Shown piece by piece: positions 13,647-26,644 of a DNA stretch of 64,000 bases. Within the stretch, counting starts at the first letter, position 1. The number at the start of each line of letters is the position of its first letter. The translations under genes and the position numbers were made by a program. This stretch comes from Mytilus edulis (taxonomy: Eukaryota): contig NC_092348.1 of the NCBI RefSeq assembly GCF_963676685.1, forward strand, positions 86,924,001 through 86,988,000, written 5' to 3'. The notes beneath the pieces were generated by a model. That model saw nothing but the letters and a program-made list of their open reading frames with translations, was not told where the DNA came from and searched no databases.

Positions 13647-14243
13647 AGCTACAATAAAGGTTTAACGCGTGTGAATTAAATTAAAGGAGATGAAAAATAT
13701 ACAGACAAATGGAACAAGATTCCTCCCCTTTACTCTCTTGTTTATTAAGTTCCGTTTCGGTTATTGTTGGAAAACGTGTAGGCTTTCTACAACGAATGCC
13801 GCAACGCTGGATCACGTATAAAACGCAATGAACAAGGTTGAAATCAATTCGTGTGGTTTCCTTGTTTTACAAATATTGCTATCATGGCTTTACTTTCGTA
13901 TTGTAATCTGTTGATGTAAGTCAATACGATATTGACTGATTTGGCGTTAAAAAATGTATTGTACGGACAACACTAAAATATCATTGACAGAACAAAGCAA
14001 AAAAATAACAACTATGATCATCTTAACTTTAAGTAAACATTTCATTTTCAAAGTAACATGATATTAAGATTAAAATAGTGTTTCGTGAGTTCTCATTTCT
14101 GTCGCATTTATACAAAATCACGAGAATGCGATATGTGATAAATAATAAAATTCAAAAATAAAAAATATCTTATCTTTAACTTCTGTACATATTTCATATA
14201 CAGTAAAATCGACAGAGAAAATAGTTTGAATTTGTGTTCTTAC

Positions 14244-14421
14244 CTTACTCGGATATTTTTTTCTCTTCAATTCTGTTTTATAAACAATTAAGAATGAAAC
14301 ACTTCTTCAATTGTCTAGATATCGCTCTGTGAGTATATCGATGCGATTCTTCAACGCCGATCTGTAGCCAAGATTGAACTGTGACGTCGCCAGCATTGTT
14401 ACAGCGATACCGTGACTTCCG
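14244..14421 (-). promoter_or_regulatory. Probable non-coding first exon / promoter of the minus-strand gene
   Basis: CpG-richer patch with CGGAAGT (ETS-like) and TGACGTC motifs, ending in a strong donor AAG|gtaaga at 14243. The next exon has an acceptor at 13650-13649 two bases before the ATG. Contains a 29-codon upstream ORF (MLATSQ...DN*). Confidence 0.5.
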
Positions 14422-14565
14422 TTTTTTTTCGATCCCTACTTAAAATACTATCAGTGGTCAATTAACCTTTTGAATGAGCATAACTCGATCGTCAATGCAA
14501 ATATTTTTACCCCATATATGCTCCCCCTGGTGGACACTTTAAAGCGGGTGTTATTCGACAAGTAC

Positions 14566-15599
14566 TTTTTATACGCCCGTCGTCTTTTAGACGGGACGTA
14601 TTATGGTATACCGTTGTCTGTCCGTCCGTCCGTCGTCCACACTTCGGACAATAACTCAAAAACACTTGAAATCACCAATTTCCATGAAACTTTGGTGAAT
14701 TTTTTATATCTATTGATGTAAGCTCCCTTTCAATTTTTATAAATTTCAGATTTTAAGTTTTAGATTTATGGGGCTTTATTCATAAAAAAAAGGAAGATTT
14801 TCAACACTTCGGACAATAACTCAAAAAGGCTTTCACCAATGTCCATGAAACTTTGGTGAATTGTTTATATCTATTGATGTAAGCTCCCTTTCAATTTTTA
14901 TAAATTCAGATTTTACAAGTCCGTTTTTTTTTAATTTCAGATTTTAAGTTTTGGATTTATGTGGCTTTATTCATAAAAAAGGGGGGATTTTCAACACTTC
15001 GGACAATAACTCAAAAACACTTTCACCAATGTCCATGAAACTTTGGTGAATTGTTTATATCTATTGATGTAAGCTCCCTTTCAATTTTTATAAATTTCAG
15101 ATTTTAAGTTTTGGATTTATGGGGCTTTATTCATAAAAAAAAGGGGATTTTCAACACTTCGGACAATAACTCAAAAAGTGTCCATGAAACTATGGTGAAT
15201 TGTTTATATCTATTGATGGTAAGCTCCCTTTCAATTTTTATAAATTCAGATTTTATATTTCCGTGTTATGAATTTTTATGCTAAAAAAAGGGGGGATTTT
15301 CCAATTTTGGGACAATAACTAACACTTTCACAAAATTTTATGCAACTTTGATAAATTGTTTATATCTATTGACATAAGCTCCCTTTCCATTTTTATAAAT
15401 TTTAGATTTTACGTTTTCTTAAGTAATGAATTTTTATACTTAAAAAAGGGGGATTTTATGAAACTTTGGTGAATATATTAATGTAACATCCCTTTTGATT
15501 TGTATATATATTTCTAGTTGATCATATAAATTCATTTAAAGCATAAAAGACAAGTTAAAAGAGCAACGGGCGTATCATGCGCTAAAGCGCAGCCCTTTA
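14566..15599 (+). mobile_element. HINE/DINE-1-like (Helentron-associated) element with internal ~175-bp tandem repeats
   Basis: T-rich start, subTIR atacgcccgt with a nearby inverse gacgggacgtat, gtcc microsatellite, about five central repeats (cacttcggacaataactcaaaa...), 3' subTIR acgggcgtat and terminal hairpin tgcgctaaagcgca. Confidence 0.85.
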
Positions 15600-15819
15600 T
15601 TTAGTATGTTCTTATAACTATTTATAAGATGTTTCTTCGCATTATTTGTGACGAGTTTGTCAGACTTACTCTTCTGAGCCGCATGACGTTTTTCTGAGGT
15701 CCGTATAAGCCACTATTATATACGAGTATAATAAACATGGTTTAGTTGTGTGACTTTATAATTGGTTCGATATGCTGAAATTTTTCAAATTTTTCTGATC
15801 TTTTCTAAAGAATTGAATG

Positions 15820-15900
15820 TCTGGCTGGGTTCATGGTAGCCTTCTTGCCTCGAGTGCGATAGGATGAAGGTTCAGACAAAAGACTTTGAAATTGCAAGCA
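15820..15900 (+). mobile_element. Degenerate tRNA-derived SINE head (Meta-SINE-like)
   Basis: atggtagccttcttgcctcgagtgcgatagg...ggttcagac-aaaagactttgaaattg resembles an A/B-box head followed by a Meta-like domain start; heavily decayed. Confidence 0.35.
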
Positions 15901-16198
15901 AGTGGTATATAGTAGTACTAGTCACCTTGAATACAAAATATGCATCCTATTAGAGAAACGTAAACCTCACCTAGGCGACAGTTACCTGATTAGTTAGTAA
16001 GTTAATAATTTAAACTCAATGTGTCAATGCTAGCGTCATGAATGTTCATTTAATATTTGCCACTGGACATGTAGCAAGAACAAATAGATCTATAACTTTA
16101 TTATGCTGATACGACATTCTATTGTTTGACACTATTTTTTCAAGCTTTACAGATTTGTAGCTTAACTTACATGATGTCATCATTACTATTTAAGGCCT

Positions 16199-16910
16199 TA
16201 TACACAAGGTTATAATAAGGTACACACAAAGTTATAATAAGGTATAAACAAGGTTATAATAAGGTATATACAAGGTTATAATAAGATGTATACAAGGTTA
16301 TAATAAGGTGTATACACGGTCATAATAAGGTGCATACAAGGTTATAATAAGGTATATACAAGGTTATAATAAGGTGTATACAAGGTTATAATAAGGTATG
16401 TATACAAGGTTATAATAAGGTATATACAAGGTTATAATAAGGTGTTTACAAGGTTATAATAAGGTGTATACAAGGTTATAATAAGGTATGTATACAAGGT
16501 TATAATAAGGTATATACAAGGTTATAATAAGGTGTATACAAGGTCATAATAAGGTGCATACAAGGTTATAATAAGGTATATACAAGGTTATAATAAGGTG
16601 TATACAAGGTTATAATAAGGTATGTATACAAGGTTATAATAAGGTATATACAAGGTTATAATAAGGTGTTTACAAGGTTATAATAAGGTGTATACAAGGT
16701 TATAATAAGGTATGTATACAAGGTTATAATAAGGTATATACAAGGTTATAATAAGGTGTATACAAGGTTATAATAAGGTATATACAAGGTTATAATAAGG
16801 TATATACAAGGTTATAATAAGGTATATACAAGGTTATAATAAGGTGTATACAAGGTTATAATAAGGTATATACAAGGTTATAATAAGGTATATACAAGGT
16901 TATAATAAGG
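16199..16910. repeat. 22-bp minisatellite (tatacaaggttataataaggtR), about 32 copies, with a 224-bp higher-order repeat
   Basis: Period 22 with 24-bp variants. The variant cataataaggtgcatacaag occurs at 16321 and 16545, 224 bp apart (8x22 + 2x24). Confidence 0.95.
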
Positions 16911-18328
16911 CATTACTAGTAAAATATCACAAAGAATCCATTATCCTATTTATCTGTTATCTTACAATAGTATAATATACAAGGTTTTGTGTGACTTTAT
17001 AAATGATTTGATATGGTTTAATTTTTCTAATTTTGATATAATCTTTTCTAAAGGTTTGAACGCCTGGGTAGACTCGAGGTAGCTAACTCAGTGTGTCAAT
17101 GTTATCGTCCTGAATGTGCATTTTTAAATATTTGCCACTGGACATGTAGCATTAATAAATAAATCATAAAGTTCAGTTTACTGTTACGACATTTTGTATC
17201 TTTATGACACTATTACTCCTTACTATACATTTGTAGATTATTTTACATCATAACTATTTTAAGACCTTATATACAAGGTGATAATAAGGTATTACTAGTA
17301 AAATTTCATAAAGAATTCATTATCATATTTATCTATCCCGTTATCGTAATACGGATGATACAAAGTTCGATTAACATAGAAATACCAAGTCACAAATGAA
17401 CGCAAATAAATCTCTGATAAAAATATATGTGTATAAACAGCAGCACATGACGGTTAGTTTCTTTATTTTTCTTATTCTTTGTGCCTTTTTTTGGTTAAAT
17501 TCTATTCCGTAAAAAGAAATTGAACAACATAAAAGAAACTTAATTATCAAAGGTACCTTTGATAAAACACAGTCATTTATATTTTTTACACGTATCAGAT
17601 TTCTGTATTAAAGTGTTCATTAAACAGCAACTGGAATATGAATAGCAATGAAATACGAACACTAAAAAAACTAACAAAAAGAATTCATGTTTGTTGAGTT
17701 GTGGCAGGCAAAAAGTTTTATATATTCTTTGTTCAAAAGAATTATCAACATACACTTATTTTTAATATTTACTGTTGTGCAATCAAATAAATACTGAATT
17801 CTCATTTATTGTATAGATTAGATGCAAATAACACATTTATTCAATTTGCATATGTTCTTAATCATGCACAGATAATACATGTTAGATTTTCTGCTTTATT
17901 GTAACGAAATAACAGTCAACCTCAGAGTTTAAAAGAAAAAACCACGTTTAATAACATTTCTGCACAGCTTAATAGATTATAAAATCGTGCTATAATTACC
18001 ACACACAAAAAAAAAGTACATGAAAGGAATAGCAAAATTCATCTATAGACTGTCGACTGTATTTCATTAAATACGAAATACGAAATATTTTATTAAAGAA
18101 AGCTTAAATTATTTCTATATCTGTTGGCGCTAACAGAAGGTCGCCGAAGTTACCATAATGACAAAAAGAGAACTAGCCTATTCTGGACGGGTGTACACAA
18201 TTTTAATCTTGGTATCTATATGATGAGTTTACTATACGAAGGACACTATTTTACATTGAAATCATAAACACTTCTGATTGGTTTGATTTTGATTTTAGAT
18301 ATTATTTGATTTTTCAGAAACTCAAACA

Positions 18329-20443
18329 ATGGATACTTCTATCATGTGCAAAATACTACCAATACTATCTTTAATAACATTTGTGATTGGTACAACTAGT
18401 TCCAGTATATGTAGAAGAAATGAAACAATCTTGGACTGTAGAAACACAGGCTTAAAAGACATTCCTTATATACCAGAACTTCCAGGCACTGTGACACATT
18501 TGGATTTTTCCTTCAATCAGATTAGAGTGGTCTCCCCTTTTAACTTACCACACCCGTCCTCGGTGGTAGAGGTTTATTTGGCGCATAATAACATCGATAC
18601 TGTGGTGAGAGGTGCATTTGACGACATGACAAGACTTGAAGTTTTAGATCTGTCATACAATCAAATAAATGGCTCATCGTTAAACATTTATACATTCAAA
18701 TATGAAATTGGACATTTTGAAAATATAAAGCAATTGATTTTGAAAGGCAATCATTTAGGAAAACTGGAAAGACTAACTTTTACAGCCTATGGATTTTCTA
18801 CTTTAGAATATTTAGATCTATCGTCGTGTTCCTTATACACACTTGAACATTTGTCGATTGATAATTTAGCAAGATTAAAACATTTGAATTTAAGTTTCAA
18901 TCATCTTTCGAAATTTGAAGCGTTGTCACTAGAAGGTCTTTCAGAATTAGAAGTGCTTGATTTGAGTCATAATGAGTTTTCAATATTAAACGAAATGTCA
19001 CGTTTAGTATCCCTTAACACTTTGTATTTGGATAGCAATAAGCTAGAAGCTATTAAAGAGAATATATTCAAACCATTGTTCAATTTAAAAATGTTGTCGC
19101 TGAAAGGGAACATGTTTAGAACGTTGTATCCGTATTTACTTCCCTTGGATTCTCATATTATTAAGGACATACGATTGGACGATAATCCTTGGCATTGTGA
19201 TTGCAGAATGCGCTGGTTAGTGGAAGACAAAACTGATGAGATCATCTTCAGGGATTTCAAACTAAAGTGAGTATAAAAATACCAGTTAATTAACGGCATT
19301 GATCGATCAATTAGCCATTTGAAAAGGATTTCCCGTTTGTAATTTTCCTTTGAGTTTGGGATTTTCGTTATTCTACTTTTTAGATAATCTTTCGTGGATT
19401 CTACACTATTTCTTTGCGATGTCAGTTGGTCTTTTTTTTCTCAGTAAACTGTATTTCCTTAACCGTTTAATCGGATAGATGATGGTGGGAAAACCTTCTG
19501 CTCGGTGTGAGCCAAGGCTGCCGTACCTTGACCTTTCATGGTTTACTTTTACAAATTGTGACTTGGATGGAGAGTAGTCTTATTAGCACTCATACCACAT
19601 CTTCTTATATCTATTGTGAGCTACATGTGTAGACATGATGTGCATAATAAATATACAAATGATACAGCGCTTTTTTCGTCTGAAAATATCCATAAAATAA
19701 TTCCAAAAACACGTAGTTCTGTGATGTAGCTTTTCATGTAAATTGACAAATTACCAGGGAAAACACACCACAATTAAAATTCTTAAATAGTTAATTTTTT
19801 GAATTATCGTTTAGATTCATATAAGTGTTGTTCAAATAGATAGGTACATGATTATCTATAGACGATCATGATGTTTAGAGAGAACGACTACATATTGTTT
19901 TAATTAAATGACGATGTTTGGTCCCTGAAGTCATAACAATTAAATGAATTCTCCAAACATAGAAAATAAGTATGTGTCATTATTCCACTTGTATGAGATT
20001 TGTCAAAAATAGTAAAAATGGCGATATATTTGTCGTTATATATAGACAGTGATTATAGAGACCTGGTTCTTTTTTTCAGGTGTGAGTTTCCCTCAAGATA
20101 CAGGGGAAAGAATGTTTTTGACATCCGAAGCAAAGACCTGACCTGTTATGCAGATTATTCTAGACTCATTTTACTATTAACATTATTCATTATAGTGTGT
20201 TTCATGTTAGTTGGGATCGTGTGGTTTATTCGTGCTAATCGGAAATATTTAAAACATTTACGGTGTTGTGATAAAAAGGGGGGTGAGTACGCGGCTGTAT
20301 ATCACCATGAGGACGATGGTAATGGAGATGGCAAAGATGTTCAAGTGAATATTATAAACACGACGACAGAAGATGATTCACTACTCAATAATGAAGAAAC
20401 TACTGCTACAGAAGATGTTAAATTACAATATAGTGATGACTGA
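18329..20443 (+). CDS. LRR single-pass transmembrane protein 2 (paralog of gene 1, no TIR); 433 aa
   Basis: Coding exons 18329-19266 and 20080-20443 have a phase-2 intron at the same position as in gene 1 (NPWHCDC...FKLK|CEFPSRYRGK...LTC). Signal peptide, LRR array and TM LILLLTLFIIVCFMLVGIVWFI are present. Acceptor at 18316-18317 precedes the ATG. Confidence 0.92.
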
Positions 20444-21212
20444 ATATATATAGTATAGAGAAAGACCAAAACGCCATACACCTCATCGCTAATCCCGGCT
20501 GACCCGGCCGCTTGAACTTTTGACGCATACAACAATCACTTTTCCATTGTGGCATCAGATATTTTGTTTTATGACGTCAAATTTTTGCGGGAACCTGTGT
20601 GATATCCAGAAATGGCGGACACATTTTGTTCTTTCAAAACTGTATCCGAATTTTAGTTCTTTCAGTTTTTATAAAGCTATAAAAGATTCACAAAAGCCGT
20701 TGTTTTCTATTAATGAACGATGAATAATGAGATAAATGTACTGAGAAACTGGCCTTGATAAGACACAAAGTCAAAATGTATTTGCAAAATTAAAGTCATT
20801 GAAAAATAAATAAACAGAATATGACATTCATTCAACTTAAACGGAATAAAATTCCTTATAAAAAATGTTAAACTATTTTGACCAATAGATAGAGATTAGG
20901 ATAGTTCATAAGAAAAGCTGTTGGAAAAATCTTAATTGCTTTCTTTGAAACTAAGGACAATAAAAATACTGTTACAAAAATGGGCTGCAATAACAGCACA
21001 TTGCACCATATGCTTTATTTATGCTTGTGCTTTTTGTTTTTTTCATTTTGTTTGAATGCGTGAGATTTGTAAAGCTTTTATGTTGCTATTATCTGCTATG
21101 TTATTTGTTGTAACTTATGCAATATTTTAAGATATACTTTATTTTGCATGTATATTTCCTAGACTATTTTTACTTTTATATGTCATCTTAATTTTCTTAC
21201 CATGTACTGAAC

Positions 21213-22544
21213 CAGTGGCGGATCCAGAGGGGGGCGTAGAGGGCGTAGGACCCCCCCCCTTTTTTTGCTTGGACTTTTTTTTTGTTTTGTTAAAGATTAA
21301 TTAGACAAGACTTCGTGAACTTTGATATTTCCCGTGTATTCAGTTTTTATGTGGCAATTCTTTACTTATAAAGATATTTTTCGCTCGTAATTATTGGTTA
21401 TGTCAAAGTCCTGTGATTCGCTACGGTGGAGTAAACCAGTGCGTCGAAAAAACGTCACTATGTCAATTTGAAAATCAAATTACAGTAACAAATTGCTTAA
21501 TATGCTGACAGTGACAAGAATGACACCTTCAAAGTGACAAGGATTGAGCAAGAACGTATTGACTTCAATTTCACAATTCCACCAAACAGAAAGTAATACT
21601 CTATTATAATGTCAGGAACAAAAAAGTTCCACAGCAATATTATTTACACGGCCAAGCCTATTAATAACATAGCTGAATAATGATCCTCTGTCAGTCAGCT
21701 TAAGATCTAAGGTACGGACCATTTGATTTGAGGGGGCAGTCTGAGATATATGAGAGGAAAAGTTCTGACACTCTTTTTGCCTTAAACAAAAAATCTTATC
21801 GTATTAAAATTGAAAACATTAATCTTGTCCACTTTTTTGCCATTTGAAACCAAAATTTAAGATTTTTTTTAGAATTAAATGAACATGATGATTAATAAAC
21901 GGCGTAATTTTTTGGTGGCCGGGGTTTTGCTTGTAAATCCCATATCTGACCGGAATGTCTGTTTCGCCGAACTGATTTATTGAATACTTTGTTCAAGGCC
22001 CGACTGCAACCTGCCTGCTGGGTGTTGCCTTAATGTCTCCATTTTTCGACCGTCCGATTCATAAATTCGTTGTCATTTCAGACTCATTTGTAGCCTTTGG
22101 TTGATTTGAAACCCCTCACTTCCCTTGTTGGCGGAAACATTTCTACCAAACATTTGGATAAAAATTGTCTGTTTGTTTCTTAACTCGTGTCGGTCGTATT
22201 GTAAATTTCATCGAATAGCCCGGCGTATATCTTGATACTAACTAAACATACAACAAACGAGAATTTTCCATGTCCATTTTTAACTGGCAAGTCCCACATC
22301 AAATATATTAGTACATAGCTTTGGATCATCCCATTATTTTATAATAGACAATTAATCTGGAGAATACGGCATAAAAAAAGTCCAACCCTTACACTTTACA
22401 GCAGCTATATACATGCCCAAAGTCAAGAACCGTTTAAAAAGTGCATTTTACACTTATTTTATGTTTTTAGTTTAAAAAAGGTCCCAAATTTTTTTCGCCT
22501 CGAGTTACTTCGCCCCCCTTTCCAAAATCCTGGATCCGCCCCTG
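21213..22544. mobile_element. Non-autonomous TIR element (CAGTGGCGGATCC termini, hAT-like)
   Basis: Left cagtggcggatccag and right ctggatccgcccctg, with G/C-run subtermini and no ORF. A tiny decayed relative lies at 44449-44586. Confidence 0.75.
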
Positions 22545-22842
22545 GGTTCAGTTTAAAATTGTTTTGTTTTCATGACTTTTGTATGTGTTTATATATTTTG
22601 TTATTCCGTCGATTTTAAAAGCTCATTACAGCTTTTGTGTTTTATGTAGAGTACTGAATTTCGACTTAAAATAAAACTTTGAATTGAAGTGAATAGAAAT
22701 TAAGGTTTCTGTTCCCTTAAACAAAGACGATCATAAGATCTGTTAAGTATCTTATTGACGTTGTATGGAAAATTTCCCCCAAAGAGTGAAATAATTCCAC
22801 GTTCCGTTGACCGTAGCTGGATTTGGCTATTAGTTTTTGTAC

Positions 22843-23305
22843 TTTTTATGCCCCACCTACGATAGTAGAGGCGCATTATGTTTTCTGGTTTGTGTCTCCG
22901 TTCGTTCGTCCGTCCGTCTGTGCGTCCGTTCGCTTCAAGTTAAAGTTTTTGGTCAAGGTAGTTTTTGAAGAAGTTGAAGTCCAATCAACTTGAAACTTAG
23001 TACACATGTTCCCCATGATATGATCTTTCTAATTTTAATGCCAAATTATAGTTTTGACCCCAATTTCGTGGTCCACTGAACATAGAAAATGATAGTGCGA
23101 AGTTCAGGTTAAAGTTTTTGGTCAAGGTAGTTTTTGATGAAGTTAAAGTTACATCCACTTGAAACTTAGTACACATTTTCCCTATGATATGATTTTTCTA
23201 ATTTTAATTCCAAATTAAAGGTTTAACCCCAATCTTCACGGTCCACTGAACATAGAAAATGATAGTGCGAGTGGGGCATCCGTGTACTGTGGACACATTC
23301 TTGTT
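22843..23305 (+). mobile_element. HINE-like element (tttttatgcccc...ggggcatccgtgtact), copy 1 of 4
   Basis: subTIRs atgcccc/ggggcat, gttc/gtcc microsatellite, two central repeats, 3' hairpin gtgtactgtggacac. Other copies at 37461-37917, 47779-48023 and 63892-64000 (truncated by the window). Confidence 0.85.
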
Positions 23306-26300
23306 AATCATATAGTTATTCAACTGTTTCGGTTCTTATATAGACTAGTTATAAGGAGATTTGGTATGAAGGCTAATGAGACAACTCTTCATCCAAGTCA
23401 TAATTTGTAAAATTAAACCATTATAGGTCAAAGTATACGGTCTTCAACACAGAGCCTTGGATCACACCGAACAGCGAGATATACAAGCCCAAAAAAAAAT
23501 ATTAGTGTAAAACCATTCAATCAGAAAAACCAACGGTATAATCTATATAAAAAACGAGAATCGAGAAACACTTCAACAAACGACAACCACTGAACATCAG
23601 GTTCCTGACTTACAATGTAGGACAGGTGCAAACAAACACATGATTGGCTTTTAAAAAAATCGGCTTTCAGTGAGCCTGTTAAGAGTAAATCCAGACAAAA
23701 ATGCTTCGAACACTTTATAATTTATATCTAAAAAAAATGTTGATTTAAGTTTGACAATACGGGGTCGACACAACTGAAGGTAGAATATTAGTCCCTGATG
23801 TAGCGAAAGCAACAAGAAACGTCAATATCTGTTATTTCAAGTGCTTTTCTATGTTAACTATATTTAGGCATGATAGACAAACAATGCATAGTAACTTTTC
23901 GTACGCGTCTGGGTATAAAAATAGAAGCAGCGTCATTATGACATTAACCATAGTTCCTTAAAATATTACACACATTTGCAAGTAAAGGAAATGCAAAAGG
24001 TTTCAAAGGAATATCCAAATTCATCAGTCGAAAAGAAACTGACAATGCCATAGAAACAAAAGAAAAAAGACTAAAATACTAAAACAGTTTACAAAACACA
24101 ACATAGAAAACAAAGACTGAGCAACACAACCCACCAAATTCTGGGGCTGATCGTACTCCACATGTAGCACCTCTTATGTTGCTCATGAAAGTACAAACTC
24201 AATGACAAGTCTAATTTGATAGTTTGTATAGTGTGTATGGTCAATACCGGATTTAGATTTACTGCCGTGATCCATAAGACATCTGTTTATAGTAAATCTT
24301 TCCAATGCCAAACACTGACCATTGAATGGTTATCTACATGCAGTTTGCAATCAATTGTATAAGAAATAGAACTAAGACCAACCGAGTTTCCCGCTTTCAC
24401 GGCACTTCTGATAAGTAATCACGGCAGTTCTATGACAGATATATTCTACGAACATTATCTGGCTTCTAGTTGTTAATTGTTATCTCATTATAAGAAAACC
24501 TTAAAATTTTCGGTGAAAATTTTGGAAGTTAAACTGGTTCGTCCATTCTTCAAGGAAATCAACTGAATAAATTGTACTTGCAAAACGTTTTGTGGCATGA
24601 CAGGGACGACGGGGAGCGGGGAGTCAACTGTGCTCAATCTTGTGTACTTTATGATTATCATTCAGATAAAGTAGAACGTTTGAGTTGGTACTTTGTTTTC
24701 TGTTATTTATCCATTTTGACTTTTTAGATTATACTCTTTTCTTTACTATATTTCCTATATATATGTGTCACTAAGCCGAGTAAGTTATATTGAAATTTAA
24801 CTATAAAAATAAAGAGATGTGGTATGATTGTCAATGAAACAAGTATCCGCCTAAGTTCAAATTAAGTTGATGTAAGCAATTATATGAATCATTACTGCCT
24901 TTAACAATGAGAAAAAAAACCACACCGTATAAATGGCTACAAACGACCCGATATCAAAACTGTCTTTATTCTGATAATGTCTTTCACAGTTGGTTAAATT
25001 AGTGGATGTCTTGGCTTTATTTAAAAAAAACATTGTAGAGTTGCTATAGGAAAAACTCAAAAAGGGTGTGTAATAAAATGTGTGAGACTCTTTGACAAAC
25101 AAAAGTGTTATCCCTCTCGATATGCTGTAAATAAGATAAACAGGACAAACATAACACCGGTAAGCCACTGCAATCATAAACTGTAAAACTCTTGATTACC
25201 CAAACGGATAAAAGCCTCATCTGATTTAACGACAGAGCTTTTGTTGGGTGATTTGGGAAGTTGGACTAGGTGCAAGCAAGAAGGTCACCGTTGTATATTG
25301 TGTAAGCAAAATTGCTTTGGTGCCTCAAAAGCTTGGGTTCAATGCGAAGTATTGATATGAATTTAGAGTGCGTGCGAAAATGCAGTTAAAACACATTAGA
25401 ACGAGTTTCAGTCGTGATAAGTGTTCAAAGTTTACGCGGCTATTAACGGCCGCCACTAGTTTAGGTGGAATTATTTATCCTTCAAGAATACCAACATTCG
25501 CTGCTGATTATTGGTGGGATTTGTGTTGCTAAAAGATTTCGGTTCAAAGTTGTGTAGTCTAATGTGTTCGTCTGTTTGCTTTTATCATTTGCTCATGATG
25601 CTGTTTTTGCTTTGTCTTTTTTTTTTGCAAACATTTAATTTTTAAAGTAACACCAAATGGATAAAATTGACATAAAATGACACTTTTTTTTAAATGATAA
25701 TAACCTTTTCTATTAGAATGTAAAAAATTTCATCAATACAACAAGAAAGACAATGATTACCATTTCAGAGTTTTCTTGGCTTTAAAAAATTAAAAATCTT
25801 CTTATTATGTGCAATATTGGTCTCAATACATTGGTTTATAAATACTATAAACTATGAGAGTTGTTTCGTGCCACAAATATATAGGTTAGAAAGACCACTA
25901 CCATTTAGCAAACATGAACAAAAATAATAAATCTGTTTGGTAATTACAACAACGAAATCATTTAATGTGCGAACACCATTAGATAACCCAACATTGTGCA
26001 TCATGAAGAATTGTCAGTTTATACATGGTATATACCTTTAAGCTCTTTCATGGTATGGCACATTCGGTAAATAAAGTCGTTAAAAGTAAAATTAAACGAA
26101 AGGAAAAACAATTGTATAAACAATTAGTAAAAACATATTAAAAATGTTGAGTGTTGCGGTCATTTTTCATTTTATTGTTTACACAAATTGAAGCGATGAC
26201 ACCAACCATACCCTAAAGTACACGAAAATTCTTACATAAATATTAAGTTCAGAAGACCCCTAATGTAGGCATTCCAAACTTAGTGTTAAAAAGTAGCAAG

Positions 26301-26580
26301 AAGTCATTACATGTGACTCCAAATAACAACATGGAAATGCGTAACTAATTATTGTTTTTAATTTATCAAAATTTTATCATTGATGTTAGGTATTAAAATA
26401 ACAAAGACAGGAAGGAAAAAGTGATGGTCTTTACTTAAGTAATTACAAAGTAAACAGCGCATACTATTCCATAGCAGATCATCTTTTATGTGCTTTTACG
26501 TCGGAACATTACGTATGAAGTATTCCCGTTTCAAAGATAATGTAATCTGTCCCCCTTCGTAAACAAAGCCCAGCCTCCAC

Positions 26581-26644
26581 TATATAAGAAAGATGACAAG
26601 GGTCGCGGCAGTGAATTCTCGGCGTCCGTGTTTCTCCTAACAAG
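26581..26644 (+). promoter_or_regulatory. TATA box and short non-coding first exon of the large chitin-binding gene
   Basis: TATATAAG at 26581, Inr-like CAGT about 28 nt downstream, strong donor CAAG|gtaaga at 26645. The next exon (acceptor at 29670-29671) carries the ATG. Confidence 0.6.

Noticed and set aside
16199-16910. Short-period arrays (also 30735-30957, 35163-35920, 60060-60605) as CRISPR arrays
   Set aside because: Head-to-tail units with no unique spacers, no cas genes, and a eukaryotic context.
3457-20443. Calling the LRR genes Toll-like receptors
   Set aside because: Both stop about 60-70 aa after the TM segment with no TIR domain, and no TIR exon was seen nearby.
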